Source: Octopus bimaculoides (taxonomy: Eukaryota). Taken from it: DNA of 64,000 nt. The DNA is taken from assembly GCF_001194135.2 (NCBI RefSeq), contig NC_068987.1, positions 17,581,557 to 17,645,556 of the forward strand, read 5' to 3'. The position numbers were made by a program, and so were the translations under genes. The notes below the pieces were generated by a model. That model was not told the DNA's origin, made no database searches, and was given only the letters and a program-made list of their open reading frames with translations. Below are positions 12,441 through 24,190 of the stretch, in pieces; the first letter of the stretch is position 1; each line of letters begins with the position of its first letter.

Positions 12441-13452
12441 GAGATAGTAAATGCAATAATTACATAGTGCCTTAATACGTCGTACGTTTATATGATATTC
12501 TGCTAAAAGGTTAAGAAGCCTTAAGAACACCACGAGATTTTAGTGAATAAATACAGGACAACATTATAACGAACTGTATCTAAGTTACACGCATTTCAGT
12601 ACCTACATTGTTTTGAATATCCGTTTGTGAATACCGGAGGGTGTATCACACAGATAGAGGTCCTCATATTTACTAAAGAATTAGATTCAATGAAACATAA
12701 CCACACACGCATACAGACACACACACACGCACAAACCGAAAACGCACAAAACACGTACATATGTCATAGATGCACACTTAAATATACAAACACACACACA
12801 CATATATGAAAGAGAAAGAAAGATATAGATCGATGTACAGATTGTCGGAGAGACAGGTAAGTATACATATATATATGTACATATATATGCCTACGTATAT
12901 AAATATATATGCGTGTGTGTGAGTATGTGTGTATAGCATGTATATATATATATATATATCTCTCTATATATATATATATGTAAGATATATATGTATGTGT
13001 GTATCTATGTATATGTATGTATGTAAGATATATATATATATATGTATGTATATGTATATATATATATATATATATANNNNNNNNNNNNNNNNNNNNNNNN
13101 NNNNNNNNNNNNNNNNNNNNNNNNNNNNNNNNNNNNNNNNNNNNNNNNNNNNNNNNNNNNNNNNNNNNNNNNNNNNNNNNNNNNNNNNNNNNNNNNNNNN
13201 NNNNNNNNNNNNNNNNNNNNNNNNNNNNNNNNNNNNNNNNNNNNNNNNNNNNNNNNNNNNNNNNNNNNNNNNNNNNNNNNNNNNNNNNNNNNNNNNNNNN
13301 NNNNNNNNNNNNNNNNNNNNNNNNNNNNNNNNNNNNNNNNNNNNNNNNNNNNNNNNNNNNNNNNNNNNNNNNNNNNNNNNNNNNNNNNNNNNNNNNNNNN
13401 NNNNNNNNNNNNNNNNNNNNNNNNNNNNNNNNNNNNNNNNNNNNNNNNNNNN

Positions 13453-13485
<33 letters not shown>

Positions 13486-14295
13486 ATGTATCTACATAAA
13501 CGCAGAGACATTAAGATGACATAATTATATGAGGGCTAAGCTTTGTTTATGATTGCCCGTGGCTCAGCATTTGTGCACGTGTCATTTATGTTTACGCATT
13601 TGCGACTCAGCGCATGCGTGAGTCTTTGTGTGATGAATAAAAGAGAAGAAAATTTCATATGAGTACCGCAAAGGGAAAAACTGAATACGCAAATATGCCA
13701 AAGGCAATGTATTGTAATAGAAAGAATAACATTTAATTCTAAAGAAACGTATTTGCATTGTATAGATTTTTTGAAATATAGTGTCTAGTCCGTAGTACAT
13801 TAATGAATTGATCGTGTTATTTAGCATGCGCAGTTTACTGAAAGTTTAAGAATCCTTAAGAAAAAATTGCATGAGATTTAACCGAATGAAATTGAAATTA
13901 CATTATCAGCAAATGTATTCACACACGCGCTTCTCAATTCTGGTATCTTATTGAGTATCCATTTGAGAGTTCCTGTTCAACGAATCCATAGCATCAGGAG
14001 TCGTGTAGGCTGCATTAGACTGCTATTAGAAGTGACAGCGAAATATACTTTTTCTTTGTAGCCACAGAAACACACACGTACACACACGCGCACAGATATA
14101 CATACATATATATATATATATGTGTGTGTATGTATACATATAATATGTATGTATACATATAATATGTATGTATACATATAATATGTATATATGTATGTAT
14201 ACATATAATATGTATATATGTATGCAGGTTTTTATGTATGTTTGTATACATATTCATACATACATGCTTATATATATATGTGTGAATACATATGT

Positions 14296-14342
<47 letters not shown>

Positions 14343-14373
14343 ATTACATATGTATATATATACNNNNNNNNNN

Positions 14374-14458
<85 letters not shown>

Positions 14459-16296
14459 ATTCCTAAATTGTGCTAATGTGTATAGAATGATATATCAGTT
14501 GAGTAAATTTATAACATGGTCTGCTTTTCACGTTTCTTATTATTGTATCTAAAAGAAAATTTTTTACAGTGTTGAACAGTATTAAATATTAAAAAAATGT
14601 TTTGTAATGTTCAGAAAGTTCAATTAGCGCTTTCATACGTTCGCAGTATGCCTGTCACCTTTTTGCCCATGTATATTGCGATCAGTACCACCTTATCCAA
14701 CATGTCCTTTCCTAATGTGACAGAATGTGATTTGCGGCATTTGGCTACTACCTCCATCTGGTTTAACTACAACGTTGATATTTCATTGGCTCACTGACAT
14801 AAGATCACAGATATTCGTGAAAATGAACAGTCGATACTTCTGTATTAGCATATGATTAACCGATTATTTTACCAATAATCGAAAACGTGTTAATAAAGAT
14901 GTTCCAAACAGATCAGGTACACACAGAGTGACTAAAATAAATACCGCATGATATTTCTTTGGAAGCTCTGTTGTTTTATCCGATCACCATTTTATCACAT
15001 CACGGCGATAGAAACTTTTAGATATGCTCAGCGTTATGTTTGGTGGATGACGAACACTAACAGGTTTGTAGTATTTTATCTACTAAATAATCTCGTATAC
15101 GTTTAGATCATGCACTTCTTACGAACTACATATAAAAATGTTAGGGTACAGATATGGCCGAGTAGCTAAATTCATTTCAGATTGAATAAATGTGGTGCTT
15201 GATCCCAATTCATAGAACTCGGTGAAAATAACTCCTTCGATAATTTCGGTTAGATTCAGTTATATGAATGCATTTGAGGAGTCAGGATATACGTTGTAAT
15301 TCATCAAATCGATTTGATTTATATTTCAAAGGGCAAGCATTCTACACACTGTGTCACGCTGATCTACACGACGATTACATTACTTAACCACTTACAATAT
15401 AATTCAATGAGAAGGTGATCGCTATTGATCTAATATCTGGAGTATTCGTGGCTGTAAACGACCTAATGCAAGATGTGAAACGTTTCAGTTACCACTGATT
15501 AAACAGCTTTGAAGTATGTGCAAGTTACAAGAGGAGTAATAGGGGGAGTCGTAACCTAGTGAATTGGGTGTTAGTAAGAGGCCAAAAGTCAAACAAACCG
15601 AAGCAAAACGTGATGGGTGGAAGGGTGAGTAATTGGGAAAACTGCGATTAAACGCAATTTCACACGAAGAACGAAGACATTTTGGATGGATAAAGGACAA
15701 TGCCGAAAGGAAGTAAGCTTATGTGTATATATATGCACACACATACAATTATGCCTGTAACCTTCACTCAGCACCTGCTTATATTACGTAGCGGATGTTA
15801 AGCAACAGGTAAGCGTGTAACACGTAAAAACATGTGCGTACCGATAGCTGAGTGTATGTGTGATGTATATGTGGAAAAGTAAACACAATAAAAAAAAATG
15901 GAAATCCTTTCATCCATACTTGTTGATAAAGTGGTGTTAAATGGAGAAATAAGCGGCGTTTTCTGCTTATGTTATAACATCAGCTTTGCGAGCAAATCTC
16001 GCATAACAGAAGGTTTGATGGAAGAAATCTGGCAAATTGAAATGGTGTGCTATTGGCTTTCATTTTATATGAGTGTTGTGGAAATCAAGGAGATGCTTGA
16101 AAACACATTTCCTTTTAAATCAATCTACTTCACCAAAATATAATACATTCAAAATAGACCGTTGTGGTTATCTCTACCTATCTATCGATATCTATACATA
16201 CACATAAATCATACATATATAAATATATATATAACATAAACAAGGCAAATTTTAGCCATTTCTCCGCAGACTAAAAACAAAAATTATGAACAATCT

Positions 16297-16337
16297 TACT
16301 CGAGTTTCGAACCTTATTCTGTACTCATCAGTGGCGC
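16297..16337 (-). ncRNA. Decayed hammerhead motif
   Basis: CUGAUGA-GUAC(AGAAUAAG)GUUC-GAAA-CUCGAG-UA: core and palindromic stem III intact, stem II has one mismatch, stem I pairing lost. Confidence 0.35.
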
Positions 16338-16458
16338 CCACATAATTCTGACAGTCTCCACGAGAAACAAGCAGCTAAACTGTTTATATACTCAACAAAT
16401 GTGGCAGTTACTCTATGAAGGAATCCCTAATATATATGTGTGTGCGTGCGTGTGTGTT

Positions 16459-16490
<32 letters not shown>

Positions 16491-16491
16491 C

Positions 16492-16524
<33 letters not shown>

Positions 16525-18691
16525 ACTGGTTTAAGAGACCATATATTTTTATACATATGTCGCCGTGAACAGGAGTTAATCTCTCTTCGCTCCTTTGTGC
16601 CACATGGGATCAACTCTCCTCCCTTCTTCATCTAACCCCTCTTCTTTCCTCACTTCCTCTCTCACCTACAACCTCCCTTCCCTCACACTCACCTCTCCTC
16701 TCCTCTCTTGCTCTGACACCTACTTCCTCTCGTCACTACTACCCACCTTCTCCCTTTATCGTCAACCCTCCATCAGAGATGAAGTTTTCTTTGTGCTGTT
16801 TCCAGACACTTTAATTTATAACCATCACTTTTAGACCCCAACTGCCGACAAAGTTGTAGTGGCGCCATCTTGACATATGGCATGTATCTGAGACAATTTT
16901 TACATCTTGTGAATCCATCTTTCTTCACATCATACCAAAGATGAATACTTCTAGAAAATAAAAGAAAGACAGAGAGACGGAAAAAATCAGAAAGACAGAA
17001 AAGAAACAAAGAAAATACAAAAGAAAGAAAGAATGAATGAATGAATGAATGAGTGATTGAATGAAAGGGCATTGCATCTGGAGTGGAACTTCATCAAATC
17101 TCCAAAGATAAAGAGTAAAGTTCAATTCGCTGATATCTGAACTCAGACTACAGAAAGAATTGAAATGAATACCGCAAAGTAACGCAACCAGCATTGAGAC
17201 GACTTTATTTATTCCTTTATTTATTTACTTATTTTTTCTTTCTTTGTTTATTTAGATAGTTATAGTAAAAATTATCTGGAGAAAAAAATGTTATTCGCTT
17301 TTGTAAGCGAAATTAAGGAGCCAATTTCAAATTCTTTTGAAGAATTTATGATGAAATTCCTCTGTAGTGAATACATTCACTCATTTATTGGGAAATGCAT
17401 CTGATTACGAAACTTTTAGCAATTCACAATAACCCTGTCCGGCCAAACACTCTCTTTCTAACAGATGCCTGTAAACATTACACTTTTTAAAGTTTTATTT
17501 ATTTTCTAGATTTTTGTCGTTTTATTTCTTTGTTTTTTGTCGCTAAGTAAACGAATTTATTTTTCAAGGCGAAACACATGCCCCAAACATCATTAATAAT
17601 TGTATGTTCTGTCATTAATATGTATTCCTAATATAAACAAACTTCTACGTAATAAAATTCCACTGAACATTTGAAAGTCATCAATGATTTTGGCATTAAA
17701 TTTTTTTGGTTTCATAATCGCCATTTTGTTTTCAAAATTGCTCTATATACTTTTAACGATATTATTTTATTTCAGTTCTTATTTCATTTATTTATTTCTT
17801 AAGCGAAGCTGTTTTCCTTCATTTTTCGTTTGGGCTGCTTTGGTAATTTCCTTTCTAAGTGCAGTGGCAATTCTTTTTTTTCATTTGCATTTTTCTTTTA
17901 CTGTTGAAGTCGACCGTTGATACACACAAAAACCGAATTATACAACCTGCGCAAACAAGATTAAAATTTATTGACAAAGCATTTATAATGCATCTAATAA
18001 TATTTTTTTCTTTTTAAATATATTTTTCATTGATTCGTTTCCTTCTTAAGATGATTTGATGTTAATTGACCATCAAATTGCCCTATAAAATGATATGTTG
18101 AAATGAAAAATGAGCTGTACTTTCTAGACTTACTTAATCGGAGCTTTACAAGCTCATTAAACTGTATGCCTGGAATTGTAAACATTGCATATGACGTAAT
18201 AACATGCAACGCTCTTTACTGAAGTATAATACCATAATTGTATGTAATTTGTTTTATCTTTTATGTGCAAACGTGTCATTACGTATAAAATCAATTTATT
18301 TGTTAAATTCTCCAAAATGCAATGTTAGTTATTGTTTCGTATTTAAAATTACTTTCCAGAAATAAATTAAGTGGATGGATTATGATTAGTTTTCTTTTGT
18401 AGAGAAAGATTTGGCCACCATATTGACGCGAGCTACTTAGTTTATTTAAACAGGGAAATAGTGAAGTGGTGTGTTTTGCAATTTAAAAATAACTCTTCTT
18501 TTAATTTCTTTAAAACCGTGACATGTTTTAAAATCATGAACCAAGATTGTAGTTACCATGGAGATAGAAATTAAATTGTAAAAAGCTAAATGAATGTGTG
18601 TGTTTAGCGTAAGAGTTTTGTGTCGATAAAGTGATGAAAGGGTGACGTTTCATAAATTTATATAATGTAACGTTCAAACGCACACACAAAG

Positions 18692-18732
<41 letters not shown>

Positions 18733-18733
18733 T

Positions 18734-18783
<50 letters not shown>

Positions 18784-19409
18784 ATACGCTCCAAAGGTTG
18801 CCAATTGTCAACATTAATGGAAATATGTTTAGGAATGTTGTGGACTACATCACCATGACGCCTGAAACTTGAAGCAGGTAGCAAGAAAGATCATGTAATA
18901 TCGAAATATATTATTTCACACATAATTGTATAAGTAACATTTGATACAAGAATGTTCAATATGATCCAAGAAGATAAAGTTCAGGATTAATTACTCAATA
19001 TTTACCGGTGTAAAAAGCAACTTAATGACCAATTCGTGTTTATTGTCAGACATATCGCAAAATGAGCAAGAGTAATTTACTTCAGGTTATACAGTCAACG
19101 TATCTTTCCTAAGCATTAAATTATTTCAAAGCCGAAACATTATATTTACAAAGGTATTATATCATTTGGCCCAACTGCTGACATATCTTTGTGGTGTTCG
19201 TTGAGACTCATTACTATTCTTTCAGTTAGCAGGAAATTACTATACTTCCTGTTTTGATAATTGCGTATAAATGTTCTTCATACATAGCTAATGTTATGAT
19301 CGAGATAAGTGAGATGAAATGGATGCAAGCCTGCAAAAGAACATGTCAGTATCTACGACCATTGAGAAGAGCTATTCTGAACAAAGAGGATTCACCATCT
19401 ACCATATAC

Positions 19410-19520
19410 TCTAAGAATGACAAATGAATATTCACTTCTTCTATAGGCACAAGACTTGAAAGTTTAGGGGACGGATTTATCCGATTACATCGACACCAGT
19501 GCTCAACTGATATTTATTTC
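19410..19520 (-). mobile_element. SINE family B, 3' fragment
   Basis: CTATAGGCACAAG...GATTACATCGAC.CCAGTGCTCAACTG matches the antisense 3' part of family B copies. Confidence 0.65.
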
Positions 19521-19761
19521 AGCGTCTCTTGTTTATCCTGTTGTTACCTGCACTCTACGTGCATAGTGCGCCTGCACACCAATGCCCGAGGATAACATGG
19601 GTAACGAATACCGATGGTACATAGGGATATTTTATCCCTTAGTCGGTTATTATAACTGCTAACTCTGCTTACACACACACACACACACACATACATATAG
19701 TAGTATCGTTCTCGTCATTGCAAACGTAATACAAAGATCATGTGTGTATAAATATTGTATG

Positions 19762-19813
<52 letters not shown>

Positions 19814-19917
19814 CGTGTGTGTGTGTGTATTATGCACCACATACACACACATACATACATATGCATTACTCTCTCTCTCTCTCTCTCTCNNNNNNNNNNN
19901 NNNNNNNNNNNNNNNNN

Positions 19918-19975
<58 letters not shown>

Positions 19976-20121
19976 GTGTGTGTGTACATATATGTATATA
20001 TAGTTTCCAGTCAATTTGATGTCTACAAATTTGTCTTCTGTCAATATATAGTGACACAAACAGTAAACGCTTCTTAGAACTGAATAAAAAAATTGCATTA
20101 TCATGTATGTGCAAGTGTGCG

Positions 20122-20163
<42 letters not shown>

Positions 20164-20993
20164 TGTATGGCGTTCCAGGGCACGATAATAATAATGATAG
20201 TAATTCGATATTCTCTTGGGATTCCTTGATAATTTTATCTCTAACTGATTTGAGTATATCGAATAAACCGTTATAGATAACCCTTTTTAATTATTTTTTC
20301 CTGAACCAAATTCGATTCTCTGATTACGTTTTTGAGTTGTAAATACACACACGCAAACACGCACACACATGTAATATACTGTTCCGTTAAGGTAAGATGG
20401 ACTAAAAAGTACTCTATGTGGCGAGAGATAAATATTGTTCAGTTAACAGACTATATATTTTCATAGGCTACTAATATTTCCATGCAGTGAAAACGATACT
20501 GATGTTGCATTCATATAATCTTGAGGCTGTGTTCATATGGCATATACAAGCTAAAATAGGACGATAGAATAAAAGAATGTACGAGACAATGCGAGAAAAA
20601 GGTGATTGTAAAAGTTGGAATGGTGAAAATAAGGGAAAACGAAAAGAAAAAAGGAAAACTGTAAAAGGAAACAGAAAAAAAGGAAGAAAACAACTAGGAT
20701 AATTAAAGTTATGTCCCTTTTGATCGTAAAGTTATAATAAACGAATAAGAGTCTACAGTCTGCGGTACACCCGCTCAATTCGGACAGGGTGGAATTTTCC
20801 AACTCGCCAACAGAAACTTATCTATATGTTTACCTCTGCTGAAAATTTCAGACTTTGAATATTCAGCATACGGAGGTGTTCTTGGACCTGAAAAGAATCT
20901 GGAATCGTTCAGCTACGCGTAGCTTGTATTTTGTGTTTTTTTATCCATTTACATAGAGCATGGATTTAAAGGACATTTATAAAGATAAAGGTA

Positions 20994-21030
20994 GTCTTCC
21001 GGGATATTACGGATATCCCTTCATCAGAGA
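20994..21030 (-). ncRNA. Hammerhead remnant lacking the GAAA/stem III segment
   Basis: UCU-CUGAUGA-A-GGGAUAU(CCGUA)AUAUCCC followed by GGAAGAC; 7-bp stem II present, 3' half of the core apparently deleted. Confidence 0.3.
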
Positions 21031-21266
21031 AAATATGAGAGAGTTAACTAGAGGGAAATAGCTTTGGTTTTGTTGTCTCATTTTATTTAACATATACATG
21101 CTCACAGAAGGCTCCCCATTAGATTCCTCACTGGCAATATTATTGCGCGGCGGAGCTGAGGCATTTTGAAAAATAGCCCCAATGTAATCGGTAGACCTGT
21201 ATGCAAGTCTTATTTCATGAAGACAATTCGTGTATAGTTCTGCAAATTATATTGATTCTAGAACGC

Positions 21267-21334
21267 CTGTGCTGACGAGAACACAGATGTTGTTACGTAA
21301 GTAAAGCGTTAATGTTCGAAACTGCAGTACACAG
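21267..21334 (+). ncRNA. Intact minimal type I hammerhead ribozyme motif
   Basis: CUGUG-CUGACGA-GAACA(29 nt)UGUUC-GAAA-CUGCAG-UA-CACAG: 5-bp stem I, 5-bp stem II with G10.1-C11.1, complete core, palindromic ACUGCAGU stem III, cleavage triplet GUA. Confidence 0.8.
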
Positions 21335-22801
21335 CTAATTATTTATTCTGTATATCTCTCATTTTGTCCTGTTCTGGTGTTTTGCGAAATTTTTCTGGAG
21401 AACATTATTTTTCTTTGTGGTTGAGTAGCTGATGACCTCTTTCTAACATGTTGGATGTCCACCTAGTGGTCATCCCTTATACACGTGTAATACAATGTTT
21501 TCTGAATTTTCAGATTTTTTTATATGGTAGGCCACTTGGTTTTAAATTGAATTAACATTCAATTTATCACCCTATCTATATAAATATATATATGTATATA
21601 TATGTATGTATATATATATATATACACACACATCATAAACGTCAAGTAAAACGAGTATATAACTGATTAGACAGTATATTCAGAAGATGTCAGTCGATGA
21701 GAGTTTAAAAGTAAAACATGCAATTTACTTCATATTTGAAAATTCGAAAATTTAAAATTTTGGAAGAAGAAAAGCTTTTGTCAATGATGTATTCTGTAGT
21801 ATATATAAATGTGGGAAAAAAAAAACTTTATTCATTTCCAAATTCAATTATATAAACCAAGATGAACAATAATAACCTTTAAAACAGACTATACAACTAT
21901 AACTCAATAAGTGTATAATACTATACATCGAAAGCGTAATCTACACAATATGTATTAATTAATTTCAGGAAGAATAATAAATTAGTAGACAGTGAAAAAG
22001 TATGAAGATTATAATAATGAAAAAGTACATATCTAGATAAAATTGTGATATTATATTAATATATATTCTATATATAATTAAATTATAAAAATAGATAATG
22101 GAGTTGAGGCTTATGTATGCTCACGAACGAAATCACACAATTAAAAAACCCGCGCGCCGACGCTGCACCATTTTTACGCTCGCTCGCATAAACACACACA
22201 GTCATAAACTTATACCGACAAACACATAAAGACACGCGCGCGCACCCCTCCACACACACGCACACACATATATGATTGCTGCAACTGGATTTTGAAGAAT
22301 GCCATCTCTTGATTTGTTTTCTTGAACAGCAAAAATGTGGTATTTCAGATCTATAATCCTCGTACAGATGTTACAAAGACGGGTACTACATATCTTCCTT
22401 CCGACACATGGACAAAAATAAAGAAACAAAATTTGCTAGCCAAGTATGGTGTTTGAAGTCTAAGTCCATATCACATAGAATCAAGTGCAAAAAAATTGAA
22501 AAATCCATGCTCTATGTAAATGGATAAAAAAACACAAAATACAAGCTACGCGTAGCTGAACGATTCCAGATTCTTTTCAGGTCCAAGAACACCTCCGTAT
22601 GCTGAATATTCAAAGTCTGAAATTTTCAGCAGAGGTAAACATATAGATAAGTTTCTGTTGGCGAGTTGGAAAATTCCTTATGTCCTTGGTTTTGTTTTCT
22701 CATTTTATTTAACACACGCGCACTTACACACATATGTGTATGCATATATATATAAACACGCACACGCACTCACACATATATATATATATACACACACACA
22801 C

Positions 22802-22863
<62 letters not shown>

Positions 22864-23799
22864 TTATTTATTGAAGGAGTATGATATAACATAACTATAA
22901 AAGTTACGAAAATTATCGTACCTCACTGTTATAAAAAATGTAATAATTTATTGCTCAGTATTCTGGGATAACATGAATGTCCATGCTCAACACTTAATAT
23001 GCTGACCACATGAGAAATCGAACCTACCTCTTTTCTATGTTGATGTACTAGATCATGTGCATTTACACACACATATTTATATATATGTGTGTATGTGTGT
23101 GTAAATGAGTGTGAATGCGTGTGCTTATACGTACACACACAAGCGCACGTGTGTGTGCATGTACGCACGTGATCTGTTTCACCTCAGATCAATTGGAAAA
23201 CTGTTGTGTCATATGTTGAAAACGGAATTCTCTAAAGAAAAATCAATTGAAATATTCCATCAATTCGCCTGTGAATATTTTACTTGTATTTACAAATATA
23301 TTATTGCTGTCAAAAACACCTGGATTGTTTAAAAATTGCAACAGAGTTTTCAATGCTATTGTTATTCAATGTAAACTTAAGATTCGTTACGTGAATTTTC
23401 AATATCAATATGAATTATTGATTGCTATGCTAGATACCAATCTATACCTTTTCTGGAGGCTATGGCCGGCTAGTATTTAACTAGCATATATTTAATAGAA
23501 AATCTAAAAATGATTGGCAATTTGTAAATATGGTTTTGGTACTATGAGCTTTGGTTTTGTGAGTGAAGTAAAAGGGCATGCTTACGTAAATGTGAAGAAA
23601 CACGTGGAAGATAAAAAGAGTTCTTTATTGCTAGGGTTCTTAGCTGTCAGAAATAGTTTGCAGAGACTCTGTGATACGCCATATATTTATTCAAGGAGTA
23701 ACAATTCGTTAGATAGTTGTTGTATGAAGCTGATATGGGTTGTGTTCTCTGATAGATTATCGGTCAAATGAAACAAATTGATGGCTAAATACAGGCGAT

Positions 23800-24190
23800 A
23801 TTTAGGGAGAACAAAAATACAGTGACCAGGGATATTGGTGAGTATGAAGAGCGAACAATTTATATAGTGAGATCTTTCACACAGCACCTCTTTACACTTT
23901 TCCCCTCTAGTACGGCCAGCATCTATTTCTTCAGTTTGTATCTCATTAGACGTCGCTTGTTTGACTCCTTGCTGAGGATGGTGTATTGAAAGTATTCTCC
24001 CATAATCTCCATAGCCTTCAGTTTCTCTAGTATCTTTTTTGTTTCCTGCGAGACCCATTTGTTCTTCTGGATTTTAAAAATGTTGAACTTATATCCTTTC
24101 GTATTTCTCACACAGCTATAAACACACAAGACCAAGACCATGTACTTTGGTGTGTAGAAATAGTAACTTGGGCAGCAATATCTGCTGTTA
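23800..24190 (-). pseudogene. RTE-clade LINE fragment (endonuclease-RT linker)
   Basis: KFNIFKIQKNKWVSQETKKILEKLKAME..YTILSKESNKRRLMRYKLKK resembles the RTE linker W(I/V)S.ET...I..R......Y..L.K...RR..RDK. Confidence 0.55.

Larger units (their letters stand above)
20791..22677. repeat. Perfect 177-bp inverted duplication (20791-20967 and 22501-22677) around a 1533-bp spacer
   Basis: Base-by-base comparison found no mismatch between the left arm and the reverse complement of the right arm. Confidence 0.95.

Noticed and set aside
13945-14022. Possible minus-strand terminal exon QSNAAYTTPDAMDSLNRNSQMDTQ*
   Set aside because: Short, no homology and no convincing upstream partner; not distinguishable from chance.
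14640-14715. YACHLFAHVYCDQYHLIQHVLS, superficially like a C2H2 zinc finger
   Set aside because: Second Cys and last His are missing, a stop follows, and the adjacent sequence is a dispersed repeat.
16085-16130. IDLKGNVFSSI on the minus strand, resembling one leucine-rich repeat
   Set aside because: Single motif followed by a stop within nine codons; no neighbouring LRRs.
23923-24190. 88-codon frame with VYSC, initially read as a lipocalin-like terminal exon
   Set aside because: Better explained as the RTE LINE endonuclease-RT linker; similarity continues past the stop codon.
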